DNA of 64,000 nt from Antedon mediterranea (Eukaryota; Animalia; Echinodermata). Each line of letters starts with the position of its first letter. Position 1 is the first letter of the stretch. Location: assembly GCF_964355755.1 (NCBI RefSeq), contig NC_092676.1:24260871-24324870 (forward strand), written 5' to 3'. Under the pieces are notes generated by a model. That model saw nothing but the letters and a program-made list of their open reading frames with translations. It was not told the DNA's origin and made no database searches. Position numbers and translations under genes: made by a program. Positions 45,144-64,000 of the stretch are shown piece after piece.

Positions 45144-45544
45144 GTGTTCATTGCTCTCTTACCGTTAAACTGAAAAGTTTGTTATAATAGGGGAAAATTG
45201 TCAACATTTGTAATACGATAGCAGTCAATATAACAAAATAGAACCCTGAATCGGGGGAAACAGAGACAAGATGTGTTGTTGCAGATTCCCCATCCATTAG
45301 TTTTATATTACTTTCAATAAAAAGTGAACAAATATGTTCATAACAGAGATTTATATAGTAAACCATTTATTGTTGTAATAAATGCATTAAAATATTTTAG
45401 TTACAGTATTATATTACTGTATTACTTTCAATTTCAATGAAAACAAATGGTTGCCTAACCCCACATGAGACCTCTTCAAATGGTTCATCACATGAAATCG
45501 TAAGGGTAACCATAAGCCTCATAAGCAATACAATACAAGTATGT

Positions 45545-48500
45545 TTATCTGGAAAACTGTCGTTTGTCCTTCCTCTCCACATGTTTGTAAATTTTCATTC
45601 GTTTTGCTTGTTTTTGTCCGAGAGCTGCAAAATCAAACTTTGGTCGTCTAGCTGCCTTTTGGTTCCGCTTACTGGAATAGACACCTGGAAAATATCAAAG
45701 AAATATATACAAATTAAAGCTATAATATTAATACAAAATAGATAAATTTATAATACTTAAATCTATATTATTGTTCTTTTACTGTCAAATAGTGCTCATA
45801 TTGAGAACATTATCTTAAAATAATAATATTGACTTCTCTACTTTTGTTCACTTTATCCATCGTAAATCATTGTCGAATGCTAGGCCGGGAAGTAAGGCCA
45901 TTAAAAAAGAAAAAAGTTACAGACGGCAGGCACAAGTTGATTTCCAAACACGATCAGTCAACAACCTTGCATGGCAAGAATTCTCATGTCACAGGAAGCT
46001 TCACATGCATTAGAGCGTGTTAATTATCACCATTAGATATCACTTTTTTTGTTAGATAGGGCTACTTCTAAATAACACGTGATGCGTAATTGACCAATCA
46101 AATTGCAAGAATACAATCAGGTGTGTTATAGTGTACCTAGATCAATGCTCGGAGGAATCTTTAACCCAAAAGACTTTGAAACCCTTTGTAGATCCAGCGT
46201 ATTGATATTGAAAATCTGCTTCAGGCTGTGAGAATCATATGCGCGCACATAGCCTTTGTACGCCTCTACTGAAGATTTGTGTAAAAAGTAGTTCTTCTCC
46301 ATCAGTTTTTCCAACTGTGAATATAAGAAAAGTTTTCATAAATTTTAATTACCATCCTGTAAATACTTTATTTCAAAAAGTATTGTATTGTGAAATTAGC
46401 AAATAAAATAACTAATTATAAGTATGAAATGAAATGAATATTTAATTTACCTGTGCCTGAATGTCGGCAATTTTACTCCATGAGAATTCAAACTCACTAA
46501 GAGGCACTTTTGACTGTTTTAAGAATCGAAGGAAGCCAAGTTCTTCTGGTCGTAGTATCAACAAGGCATGACCGGTACCATCAATTCCACGAGCGGTACG
46601 ACCAACACGATGGATGTACTCCTAAAAAATAAAGCATCCGTTATGAATTCCTAAATAATATGTTCTGAATTTTTTATGATTATTATTTATATATCTAACA
46701 TTGGCAAATGATGATATGTCATGCAGTTTGTTTTTCTTTTTTCTGTTGGTATAAGACAAGTTCTTTTACTTCTATTTCCGATCCCAAAACAGCTCCTATT
46801 ATTGTTACCATATAACTTATTGTAAATGTATGCTTGTTTTTTCCTTGAATGTGAATGAAAATGTGAAAAAAAAAGAATAGTTGATGATGGTACCTTGGGA
46901 TCATCTGGAGGATCATACTGAACGATCCAATCAACTTGCGGGATGTCAAGACCACGAGCGGCAACATCTGTACACAAGAGAATGCCTTCACTGGCATTGC
47001 AGAACTTGAAGAATGTCTGTGTTCTCTTCATCTGCTTTTGTTTTCCCTAAAACAAAATAACGTACATTTTTGGTTTAGCAATCCTCATTACCACAGTAAT
47101 TACTAGAAAAGTTTATGAAACATTTTTGTTTTGAATTAAAAATGTAGATTGTAGGTAAAACCTCCAGGTCATTGTATCTATTTTCAGATAATATATAATG
47201 ACTTCATTGTATTGAGTTTGACTATATCATGATCCCAGAATGCAACATAAAACATGCTGTACCCTGGGAGAAACAAGACAAAGTAAACTCACTCAGATCG
47301 TCATCTAATGTTATACATCATTGAGATACTTGTACTCTAACCTCTAGTTATCAGCTCGGTGGTCTAAAGGTATAGTGATCTGGAGGTCGTGGGTTCGAGA
47401 CCTACCTGGGAATTACTTGGGAAAGTACAAATTATGTCGGAGTAGGGCAAATATATGACCAATTACTCAAGACCCCGACGCAAAACTACTCCACAGTAGC
47501 TAAAAACAATTACAAATTGGGAGATTGCTACACAATGAAATGAGCAACAATGAACATGCTATCATACTTACATGTATACCCATCACTGGTAAGTCAATAT
47601 AATTCAACAACTCGTGATGAAACTTGACAGACATACAAGAGGAGAAGAACACCATCACCTTCTTCTTGCGATTCTTCTTGAGAAAAGTGAAGAGCAAGAG
47701 CAAACGCTTTTCTGACGGACATATCACAAAGCCCTGGAAAAGGAATTTAAACAAGAACATGTTACATGATGTAGCAACACTGGACAGTGTTAGGACATAT
47801 ATTAAGCTAATAAATAATACATCTCTTCTCAGATTATATAATGACTTCATTGTATTGAGTGTAACTATATCATGATCCCAGAATGCAACATAAAACATGC
47901 GGTACTCCGAGAGAAACTAGACAAGTAAACTCACTCAGATCGTCATCTAATGTTATACATCATTGAGATATGTATTCATGTTATGTGATTACTAAATATG
48001 TGATATAGTCATTACACAGTAGCGTTGTAACAGCAGTTAGTACATATTCGCGAAATACGAATAATATGACTTAAGCTCTGTCTACACTATCAAACTAATT
48101 TGACAAAAAAAGTTTGATGTGCCCAAATATGGTAGCAACGACTGTAAATTAGGAGAACTGTTTTGGTTCTTACTTGTTCCAGCCCATCAACTGTAGCATT
48201 GTTCTTTGAGTCATCTACGCCGACATAGATTGGCTCTTTCTTCAGGGATATCCTTGCCAAATCTTCCATCTTCCGAGTTTGGGTTGCTGAGAACAACATT
48301 GTCTGTCTTCTCTCTGTATGTAAACAATTTCTTTTTATTAAATAATTACAAATTTTGGTTTATTGGTTTACAAACCGGTTTTCAAGTGGTTTGGAGGAAC
48401 CAAGATCTTCCTAAAATGTTATGTATATATTTTGCATTAAATTTGCATAAAATAACATAACAAAAAGAGCTTACTCGGTAGCAGTTTAATAATCTGTTTC

Positions 48501-51500
48501 ATCTCCTCCTCAAAGCCAACTTCTAATATCCTATCTGCTTCATCAATTATTAGGCATTGCAGATTTTTGTACATGAACTGTGCTGTGTTCTGAAAAAGTA
48601 TTAGAAATGAAATAAATACACAAAAAAAAGAGAGTAAAAGTTATCATAAAAAGCAAAATAAAAATAATTTTTGAATATTTATATTTTTTTAAATATTGGT
48701 AGCCTTTCTTCAGAGAGATTGTGGGAATTTATTCCTGGGTATTGGTGTGGAGTCATGGACATGATGAAAGATAAATTTATATAATTTTTTTTTTGGATCA
48801 TCCAAATGAAAAATTATATAAATACTATACAGAGATCTAGATGAACCTTTACACTAATGAAAGATAACTTGGCAAGCCCAGGGCATGTACTATAACAAGT
48901 CCTGACTCACTTGTAAATGATCCAACAATCGACCAGGTGTTGCAACCAATATGTTAATTCCTTTGCCAAGTTTCTCGCTTTCCATCTTTCTGTTGGCTCC
49001 TCCCATCACAAGACCAAATGTGTGATAGTGATGCTTCAAAAGCTCCTTTAATACACCGTACGTCTGCATCGACAACTCGCGTGTTGGCGATAGAATTATT
49101 ATACCAGTGCCTATAGCAATCAAAACAGTTATTTATTTTATTTTATGTCTTTAGGCAATGTGGCCAAGGATTACCAATAGTGAATTAATCACTGTCCTAT
49201 CAGATAGGTGGTAATCCCCCTGATACAGGGGCTATTGTGTGAACCAGTTCACCGGGGTAACCCCCTACTCTTTTTCGAATAATGAACTGGGTTTCTTTAA
49301 AGTACACACAGGTTATAACTGTGTACACTGGACCTACGGTTTATAGTCCTTATGCTGACAATCATTTGTTTATTCAATTTCTGCCATAAACATAAGAAGA
49401 CAAAACAATTATAAAAGGAGGCACGGAAAGACCAAACAGGTGCTAAACACCTACCGTATGCTAGTTGGTCAACCCTGAACAGAGAAAAATAAATAAATTA
49501 CGTTCTACAATAAAAGCATCGACAAGAAAGCGACCAACTACACACATTTTCAATATCAAAATTATTTAAAAAATAAATATTGAGATAATTAAGTAATTTG
49601 GTTTTAAAAGAACTAACAGAAATATTTAAGTTGCGGATTTCACTGGGTAAGTTATATTAATATTATCCGACCATCATCTAAATAAATTGTTTAAGCTTAG
49701 CCGAACTGGTAGACACTCTAAATCAAAACGTTGCCGACAATCATTTGTTTATAATACAATTACAATTCATATATTTAATAGCAAGTTTGTACGATCACTT
49801 TAGAATCACTGGTAACGACGCTTTATATATTGTATTTGTCTAATTGCATGTCAAATTCCACCAATCAAATTTTTACCTTGTTGTTTAAATGATAAATAAA
49901 TACTATGATATCGTATTATAAATAAATAATAAATCATATTAATATTCTAGTATTTGTTTATGAAGAAATTCAATCACATTGTACACAAGCAACTTACCAT
50001 TTCTTGGCATGAATTTTAGTTTATAAATAAGTTCAATTGCAGGTATAAGAAACGCTAATGTTTTACCACTACCGGTCTTGGCAGATGCTAATAAATCCCT
50101 AGAAAAAAGAAATAAAAATACTGTATACAGGATACTCATATTTCTCTAGCTATTAGATGAATTAGAGTTGATTTTAGTGTTAAAAACCATTCCTCATAGA
50201 TTATACAAATTAAATCATATTCATAACAGAGTTTTAATGCTAGTAACAAAATTCTAACATTGTATCCCTTCTCAGATAATATAATGACTTCATTGTATTG
50301 AGTTTGACTATATCATGATCCCAGAATGCAACATAAAACATGCTGTACCCTGGGAGAAACTAGACAAAGTAAACTCACTCAGATCGTCATCTAATGTTAT
50401 ACATCATCAAGATACATTTCTAGAAATATATTTAATATACTGAAAACATACCTTCCTTCCAGTAAGTGAGGTATAGATTTATGTTGTATTTCTGTCATGT
50501 GTGTGAATCCCATGTCACTGATGCCTTTTAAGGTCAGTTCACACACTCTGTCTTGTAATGAACTAAATTTTGTATCTGTTAAAATTGTACTTGTTCCTGG
50601 TACTGTTGAAAATGAATAAAATAGTATTAAGCTAATATATGACACCATCATGTCCATATATGGGCACATCATATTTTTTTTGTCACAAAGTTTGATAGTG
50701 CACACAGAGCTTAAGAGACTGTGTGAAACGCCTTATAGAATTTCCCTGCAGAAAGAGGTTAGAGGTCAACTGTACTTAACATAATAGTATTACTTACATG
50801 TCATAACCTGTTTTTCGGCATGTGTTTCTGTTATACTATTTACTATTAATTTCTGTTTATCATTTACATCCTTTTCATCATCCAATTCATTTCTTTCATC
50901 TATATCATTTGATTCTTCCTCATTGTTTTCACGCTTAACATATGAATTGTAGTCTAGTGTCTCGTCCTCATCTTCATAATCATCATCATCTGTCTCTTGT
51001 TTCTGCTCATTATCTTTAAATTCAGGAATTTTAAAAGTTGTTTTCTGTTTCTTATCAACTGTTGATGTTTCTGGAGACACGGATTCATTAGAAACTTAAA
51101 TATAAAATGTAACATTTAATAATATTAATAATAATCTTGAAATATACTGTGTTAATTATGTCTGAAATTGTCTTTAATCTATTCATAGAGTTATAGATTA
51201 TTATAGTAAAATAAAGCACAATAAAAAATGTTAGAATTGTATCTCTTTTCAGATCATATAATGACTTCATTGTATTGAGTGTAACTATATCATGATCCCA
51301 GAATGCAACATAAAACATGTTGTACCCTGGGAGAAACAAGACAAAGTAAACTCACTCGGATCGTCATCTAATGTTATACATCATTGAGATACAAAGTAAA
51401 GAATAAATTTGCGTTGCACTTACAATTTATTTAAATAAATATTTACCTCTTTTCTTTTTCTTTAATTTCTGTTTCCTTCTCATCAGTTGCTCCAATAATT

Positions 51501-52420
51501 CTATAAAAAAAAAAGACTCACTATTATCATTTAATTCTGTATTTTTCCCCCAATTAGACAAGAGAAAATCAACAATGAAACTGTTTTGATTAAATTGAGC
51601 TGCTAGCAAAAATAAAAACACAATTATTTTATTTGTAAAGCAAGCAGTATAGAATATATATATATATTTCTTACCCCTTTTTCTATTCTTCTTTACTTCA
51701 TTATAGCGCTTCTTTTTACTACTTACAGGCATCTCTGAACAACAAACTAAAAAATATAATTAACCAACAATAATGTAGCTACAGTAGCTAGTCTACTCTT
51801 TGATGAATGGTATACCAGCCTAGGCTAGAGTATACGAAGTATATAATTATAGCCTACAGAGTAGGCTATAGGCCTAGTCTTGTATAATAATGGATAGTAG
51901 TAGACTAGGGCATCCGCTCTTATTAGCTACTAGGCCTAGGCCTAGCCTAGTAGTACTATTACGCCTCCAACAATTATAGTCTAGAGAAACTTCATGAAGA
52001 AGAGGATGGATGTCGGCATTTATAATATGTCTGATTGATGCGTCTGTATCTATCCGTAACGTACAAAAACACCATCTCTAAAACCTAAAAAGCAATGTGC
52101 AATTTCCGTTAAGACAGCGAACCGGCGGTGCTTGGCTGTATCTTTTTACCTCTAACTAGTACTACTAGGCCTAGGGGCCTAGCCTACTACACTATCTAGG
52201 CTGGCCCTCCCTCTATTAATTATGCCTACGCACCGTACTAGGCGGCTAGAGCCTCTACTAGCTAACTAGCTAGGCTGGCCTAGCTTTAATTAGGAATTAA
52301 AACACAGGTTCTACGATTCTAAATTTGTATTTGTTTTGAATAGATTATAGATAAACATAACATGTACTTACCTTTTACGCATTTGCCTTTTAAAGGCAAT
52401 TTTTTATCTTTATTTACCAT
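45545..52420 (-). CDS. DDX18: ATP-dependent DEAD-box RNA helicase DDX18 (Has1/pitchoune), ~656 aa
   Basis: 14 exons: 52420-52372, 51734-51675, 51500-51447, 51094-50798, 50602-50452, 50098-49998, 49110-48911, 48589-48475, 48313-48174, 47733-47572, 47046-46894, 46621-46451, 46314-46137, 45684-45545. Motifs [69 protein letters not shown]; phases consistent. Confidence 0.95.
47174..47329 (-). ncRNA. Box C/D snoRNA, U15(SNORD15)/snR75-like, copy in DDX18 intron 10
   Basis: Terminal stem, box C ATGATGT (47321-15), guide ATTAGATGACGA (47309-298) antisense to 28S TCGTCATCTAAT, D' CTGA, long internal hairpin, C' ATGAAGT, box D CTGA (47187-84). Confidence 0.88.
47821..47969 (-). ncRNA. Box C/D snoRNA, U15/snR75-like, copy in DDX18 intron 9
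   Basis: Same boxes and guide; stem ATCTC/GAGAT; most hairpin substitutions preserve pairing. Confidence 0.88.
49225..49352 (-). mobile_element. SINE fragment
   Basis: ccctactcttttcgaata..gggtttcttta..ggacctacggtttatagtcctt resembles a widespread invertebrate SINE core (from memory). Confidence 0.35.
50261..50416 (-). ncRNA. Box C/D snoRNA, U15/snR75-like, copy in DDX18 intron 5
   Basis: Same boxes and guide; stem TGTATC/GATACA. Confidence 0.88.
51237..51394 (-). ncRNA. Box C/D snoRNA, U15/snR75-like, copy in DDX18 intron 3
   Basis: Same boxes and guide, D' variant CCGA; 9-bp stem TTGTATCTC/GAGATACAA. Confidence 0.85.
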
Positions 52421-53409
52421 GACTTACGTTCGAACTCGTGTAACAATTTTTTAAAGATCCAAAACGCATGTGTCGTATAATAGGTCAAAGTTCCTAGGCC
52501 GACAAGCAATACAAATTAACTATTTTTACTTTATTATATAAGCCCTAGAAATATATTATACTTTATATAATATATAAATTAATATTATTCCTCATTTTTC
52601 TTAATTAATATTCTATTCGATACTGCAGTCCATAATTATTAAAGTATTAAAAGTGTAACAGTCTCGAACGAGGGCCAAGAAAAAGAGGGCGCTAGATAAA
52701 GTGCGGCTACAAAAATCTAACATTTAGTTTCTCACAAAGATATGATACACATTGTGTGTAGGGTGAATTTTTTATTTCACGTCTATTGCTATACTAATTT
52801 ATATTAAAGAAGTAGACTTATTTTGCATAGAATGCCAGAGATAAATGAAATAATGGGAAAAAATAAAATTTGTGCTTTTCAATGGCTCTTCACGTCACAA
52901 TCGCAGAAATGCCTTTCGTCACCCCATATGGGCCAACCGTTTTTAAATTAGTGTAAACACATCGAAATTTTAATAAAATATAAATTAGAAAAAATGCAGC
53001 GATGTAATAATACCGTATATTTAAGGCGGCTTTTCTCATTCTTAATTATAAATACTAACGTTATTAATTATAATAATAATAATAATGAGGGAAAATTATT
53101 TTTCGGTTGTTGGATTTAAACTGAATAGGTTTCAATATTAAAAAGCCACAGTATTAAATCGTCGAATGACATTACAACTTTAGTTTATTATTAGGCATAT
53201 ATTTTTTCCGGTTCAGACAAAACAAAAAGATTACTTTGTTATTACCACTAACAAAATAAATCTAACTACATTTTTAGTAGGTTGTATTTTATTCACAATA
53301 CCATAAAACATTTTGGACAAAAATGCCCAAAAGTTCATAACAAACGTTATTTGCTATATTTAGGCCTATTATGCCTCACTTTTGTGCAGATATCACGTAT
53401 ATTAAACAT

Positions 53410-56130
<2,721 letters not shown>

Positions 56131-56712
56131 TTTCCAGTTTTGTGCTTGTGTTTGTATTGAAATAAAATCGTCAAGTGATTAAGTTTAATGAGAGACTCAG
56201 CATCAATCCTCGACGTAATGATCGGGAAACGATTTTACGAATGATTTGTAACCATTCGTTACTGCTAGATGTATAAAGTCAAAGTGTTCTCTGATTGGTC
56301 GATATCTTGTATGTCGACAGACAATTATTCGAATATTGTGGTTGCTATGAATCCTCTCACCGAGTAGATAACAATGCGATACTGTTTTTCGTACTAAAGT
56401 ATTTTGAACTTGTTCTCTTTATAAACGAATTTCGCCACACCCAACAATTTCGGTACTAACCAACATTTTGGTGAAGGGGCGCGGCGATTTATTATTATTA
56501 TCGCGGGAAAAGAAAACAAATTGGTTCACTCTTTTTATGACATACTTTTTAAATGTGCAACAGACATGCTTCATCGCAACAGCCTGCGTATGCGCATTGG
56601 AAACGTTAAAATAAAATGTATGCGTAAGCACACGCCCTAAAATATACAGTGCCACAACAATACACACGTACGCCGTAATGTACCAAACAACGTTTATCGT
56701 TAACAAACATAC

Positions 56713-56726
56713 GTCTCCATGGAAAC
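56713..56726. promoter_or_regulatory. RFX X-box upstream of the canonical alpha-tubulin
   Basis: GTCTCCATGGAAAC fits GTHNYYATRRNAAC, ~580 bp 5' of the ATG; half-site GTTGCTATG at 56341; CCAAT box at ~56294. Confidence 0.5.
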
Positions 56727-57776
56727 ATAAACACTTACGACGGTACATAGCCTGTTAATATTGTTCAATAAAATAAAACACTATTATATCGCTACTTGGA
56801 GTTTGATCCTTAAGTGGGTTCCAGTAAAGTACTATAGTATCAAAATAAAAGTATCGTTATTGATAAAATAGCAAATGTAATTAGTTACAAGCAACCCCAC
56901 GATAACCTTCATTATCAATTCGGCTAACTTCAATATCATAGCAGTTTGTTTATTGTTTGGGGATGTACCGCCATATATTGTTGGTCACGCAATATAAGAT
57001 AATAGGTTTTGTATGATCAACTTATTCATTATTTTCACAAGTAGAGTCAGTTTATTGCCGTGAACTACCTTACAATTGCTGATTAGTGACGAACAAATAT
57101 CGATACAAATTCTTAATGGTATTTTTCATTGATTGAGAACAAATCATTAAAAGAAAACTTTCATTATTTCGATATTTTGAACAAATTAATGTTAAAAACA
57201 TTGCCATTGACTTTATTTTCAAATTCATTTTTATATTTTTTATTTACATTAGTATCTTTGTTATAACAGTGTTGACAATGTAAACGGTGTTTCTATTGTA
57301 TGTTAGCTATTATACATGCTATGGTCACCATAAAATCCATCCATCAAAACATCAGCTACTTAGAGTTGTTCAAATTTGTGTAAATTGTAAATAAAATATT
57401 GTTATGATTACACTAAGTCAACATTTACAACGGACTCCAAAGGTGACAGAAAGTCCGCGCCGAAAAGAAGAGCTACCAATGAATAACTTTTAAATTGATT
57501 ACGTAATATCAAAGTGGACGTCAAGCCACGCTACCATTTCGGCAGTCAGTACTGATTAAACGTATCCGTAAGAAACTAATTTATCCGAATGCATTTTCAT
57601 TAATTAAAGTTGCATTGTAGCCTTAATCTTTGCTTCAGATTTAATGAGTATGTATGCTTAGTTTATATATTAACTTGCTTGACAGCGTATATACTCTTTA
57701 TATTAAAAAATAGAGACCACATGACGTTAGCAATATATATCACTAGAAAATAAGTGTTACAAAAATCAGAAATAGT

Positions 57777-62328
<4,552 letters not shown>

Positions 62329-64000
62329 CTTTTTGCTTGTTTTGATTGCTGTGTTCTAAAAATTGGAATGTATTGATTTCGAAAAAGTACTGAAGTACGG
62401 ACTTTTGTTGTTGGTGTTCACTGACTTATCTCACTACGTCCAACTACAATGGTTGGAGAGCAACAAGTGCAGGCTACGCTACAAGTCTTACTGTCACGGA
62501 AGTAAAACTACATATTGCCGGATGGCCGGATGGTATTTAAAAGATACGGGTGGCTCTCTCATTGCACAAACACAGCCTCATCTACTGGATTTGATAGTTA
62601 TATGGATTGGATTTAGTTAGATATTATAAAGGTCAAGTTAAGGATACGTATCTATACACAAATTGACGGACAATTCTTTTAAAATCATGGCACTGATTAC
62701 GGCAGATAATTTTGTTAAAGCGTGCAGCGTTAACTGGTGCATTTATAAAAAACGGCCTAATTTCGCGGATATATTCGCAATAAAGTTAAATATATTAATT
62801 TATTTATTTAGTTTTACCGCAAATACATATACAATATCAACAATAATTATGTGTTTTGTTTAGAATCACCGGCGTTATGATCGAAATCGAGATTGTTAAA
62901 ATCAATCTCAAAGCTTGTTTCGATGTTATCAAAACTAATAGAGTGCAGTTCGAATTAGAATTCCTAACATAACGAGAAGAAATTATAAACAATGTTGATT
63001 TGATTTCATTTATTTCTTGAAAATGAAAATCAATTTATGCTTTTATGTGTCAGTAATTTAACCAGGTATACGCCGTCAGTGTGGATATAATAGGCCTAAA
63101 GCATTGCGTGTTAAAGCAATGTGTTTTAATATTAATTGATCATTGTTTTAACGTATTTAACAGATCAGTGATACCAAACGTCGCATAATTCCGCACGGAA
63201 GAATAATATTGACTGTATATAGCTGAGGTGAGGTAAAAAACACACACACACCTTATTACTTGACACGTACAAAAACAAAGTATAGGAAACGCGTTCCTTC
63301 CGATCTATCTTCAGATGTATGTATATAATAGAGGTCAGAGGGACTAACCGGTTGACATACTACCATAGACTTTAAAACGGAACTGTAAAACAGGGATTTG
63401 TGAGTAGATTTACAGTAAATATGAAACATAATTGTAATACTATTACACAAAAAAGCAATTACTTTAAACGAAGATTGAAACAAAGCTATAAAATGTCAGT
63501 TTGTATGATCGTAATGTTGTAGGATAATGTAACGACCAATAGTGCCGTAATGTGTAATGTTGTCGCGACAAAGGGTACGTTTACTTTCTTCCATTTAGGG
63601 CCTGTTTTGTAAATAAAATGAATACTTAAAATAAGTTACACTTTATACCACCTAGACACGATGTAATATAGCACAATAAAACTGAAAACAAAGTTGGATG
63701 TGGCAGGAACTACGCACAAACCTTCTTTTTAGGAAAAACATGTCAAAAATAATAATTAAATATTAAACGGTCGGTAATTGTGGCTTCATAGTATATCTCC
63801 CTTCTATATTTATTATGGTAATCATCCGTTCTATCTGTACATTTTCTTTATTAATTCATATTTTATATTCAATATAGGGCGTAATATAATATTAGTTCTA
63901 GTTGGTGATAGCCCGAGAAGGTGTACTGGTTAGGAAATCTGACTAGCATGTGATCCGAGGCACGAGTTTAGACCTTTCTGCGTCATCTTGTTTCTGTAGA

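Noticed and set aside
51088-51339. Repeated peptide [21 protein letters not shown] in ORFs 51088-51339 and 47500-47898
   Set aside because: Incidental translation of the snoRNA copies; other copies carry indels and conservation follows RNA boxes and stems.

Overview
AT-rich animal genomic DNA, probably a marine invertebrate deuterostome such as an echinoderm (taxon is inference only). Six protein-coding genes were built by hand from GT-AG sites with consistent intron phases: (1) exon 1 of a signal-peptide-bearing, plant-PAO-like polyamine oxidase (-, runs off the window, missed by the ORF track); (2) a 15-exon SNX9/18/33-family sorting nexin (+); (3) a 13-exon, ~1100-aa uncharacterised protein with a CCHC zinc finger, a degenerate CBM48-like domain, coiled coils and a C-terminal CAP-Gly domain (+); (4) DDX18/Has1 (-); (5, 6) two tandem alpha-tubulins (-), one canonical and one divergent (no K40, Asp-rich tail). 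The strongest hidden signal is four copies of a ~150-nt box C/D snoRNA, one each in DDX18 introns 3, 5, 9 and 10. Each carries a 12-nt guide to 28S rRNA and U15/snR75-like architecture, but with a shifted guide register and no conserved second guide. Other notable items: a 1.9-kb higher-order array of palindromes between convergent 3' ends, an 805-bp foldback element with IS3EU-type ends, a Penelope-type hammerhead remnant, probable gene-conversion tracts between the tubulins, and many MITEs (Harbinger, hAT, Kolobok). No database searches were run; family assignments come from recalled motifs.
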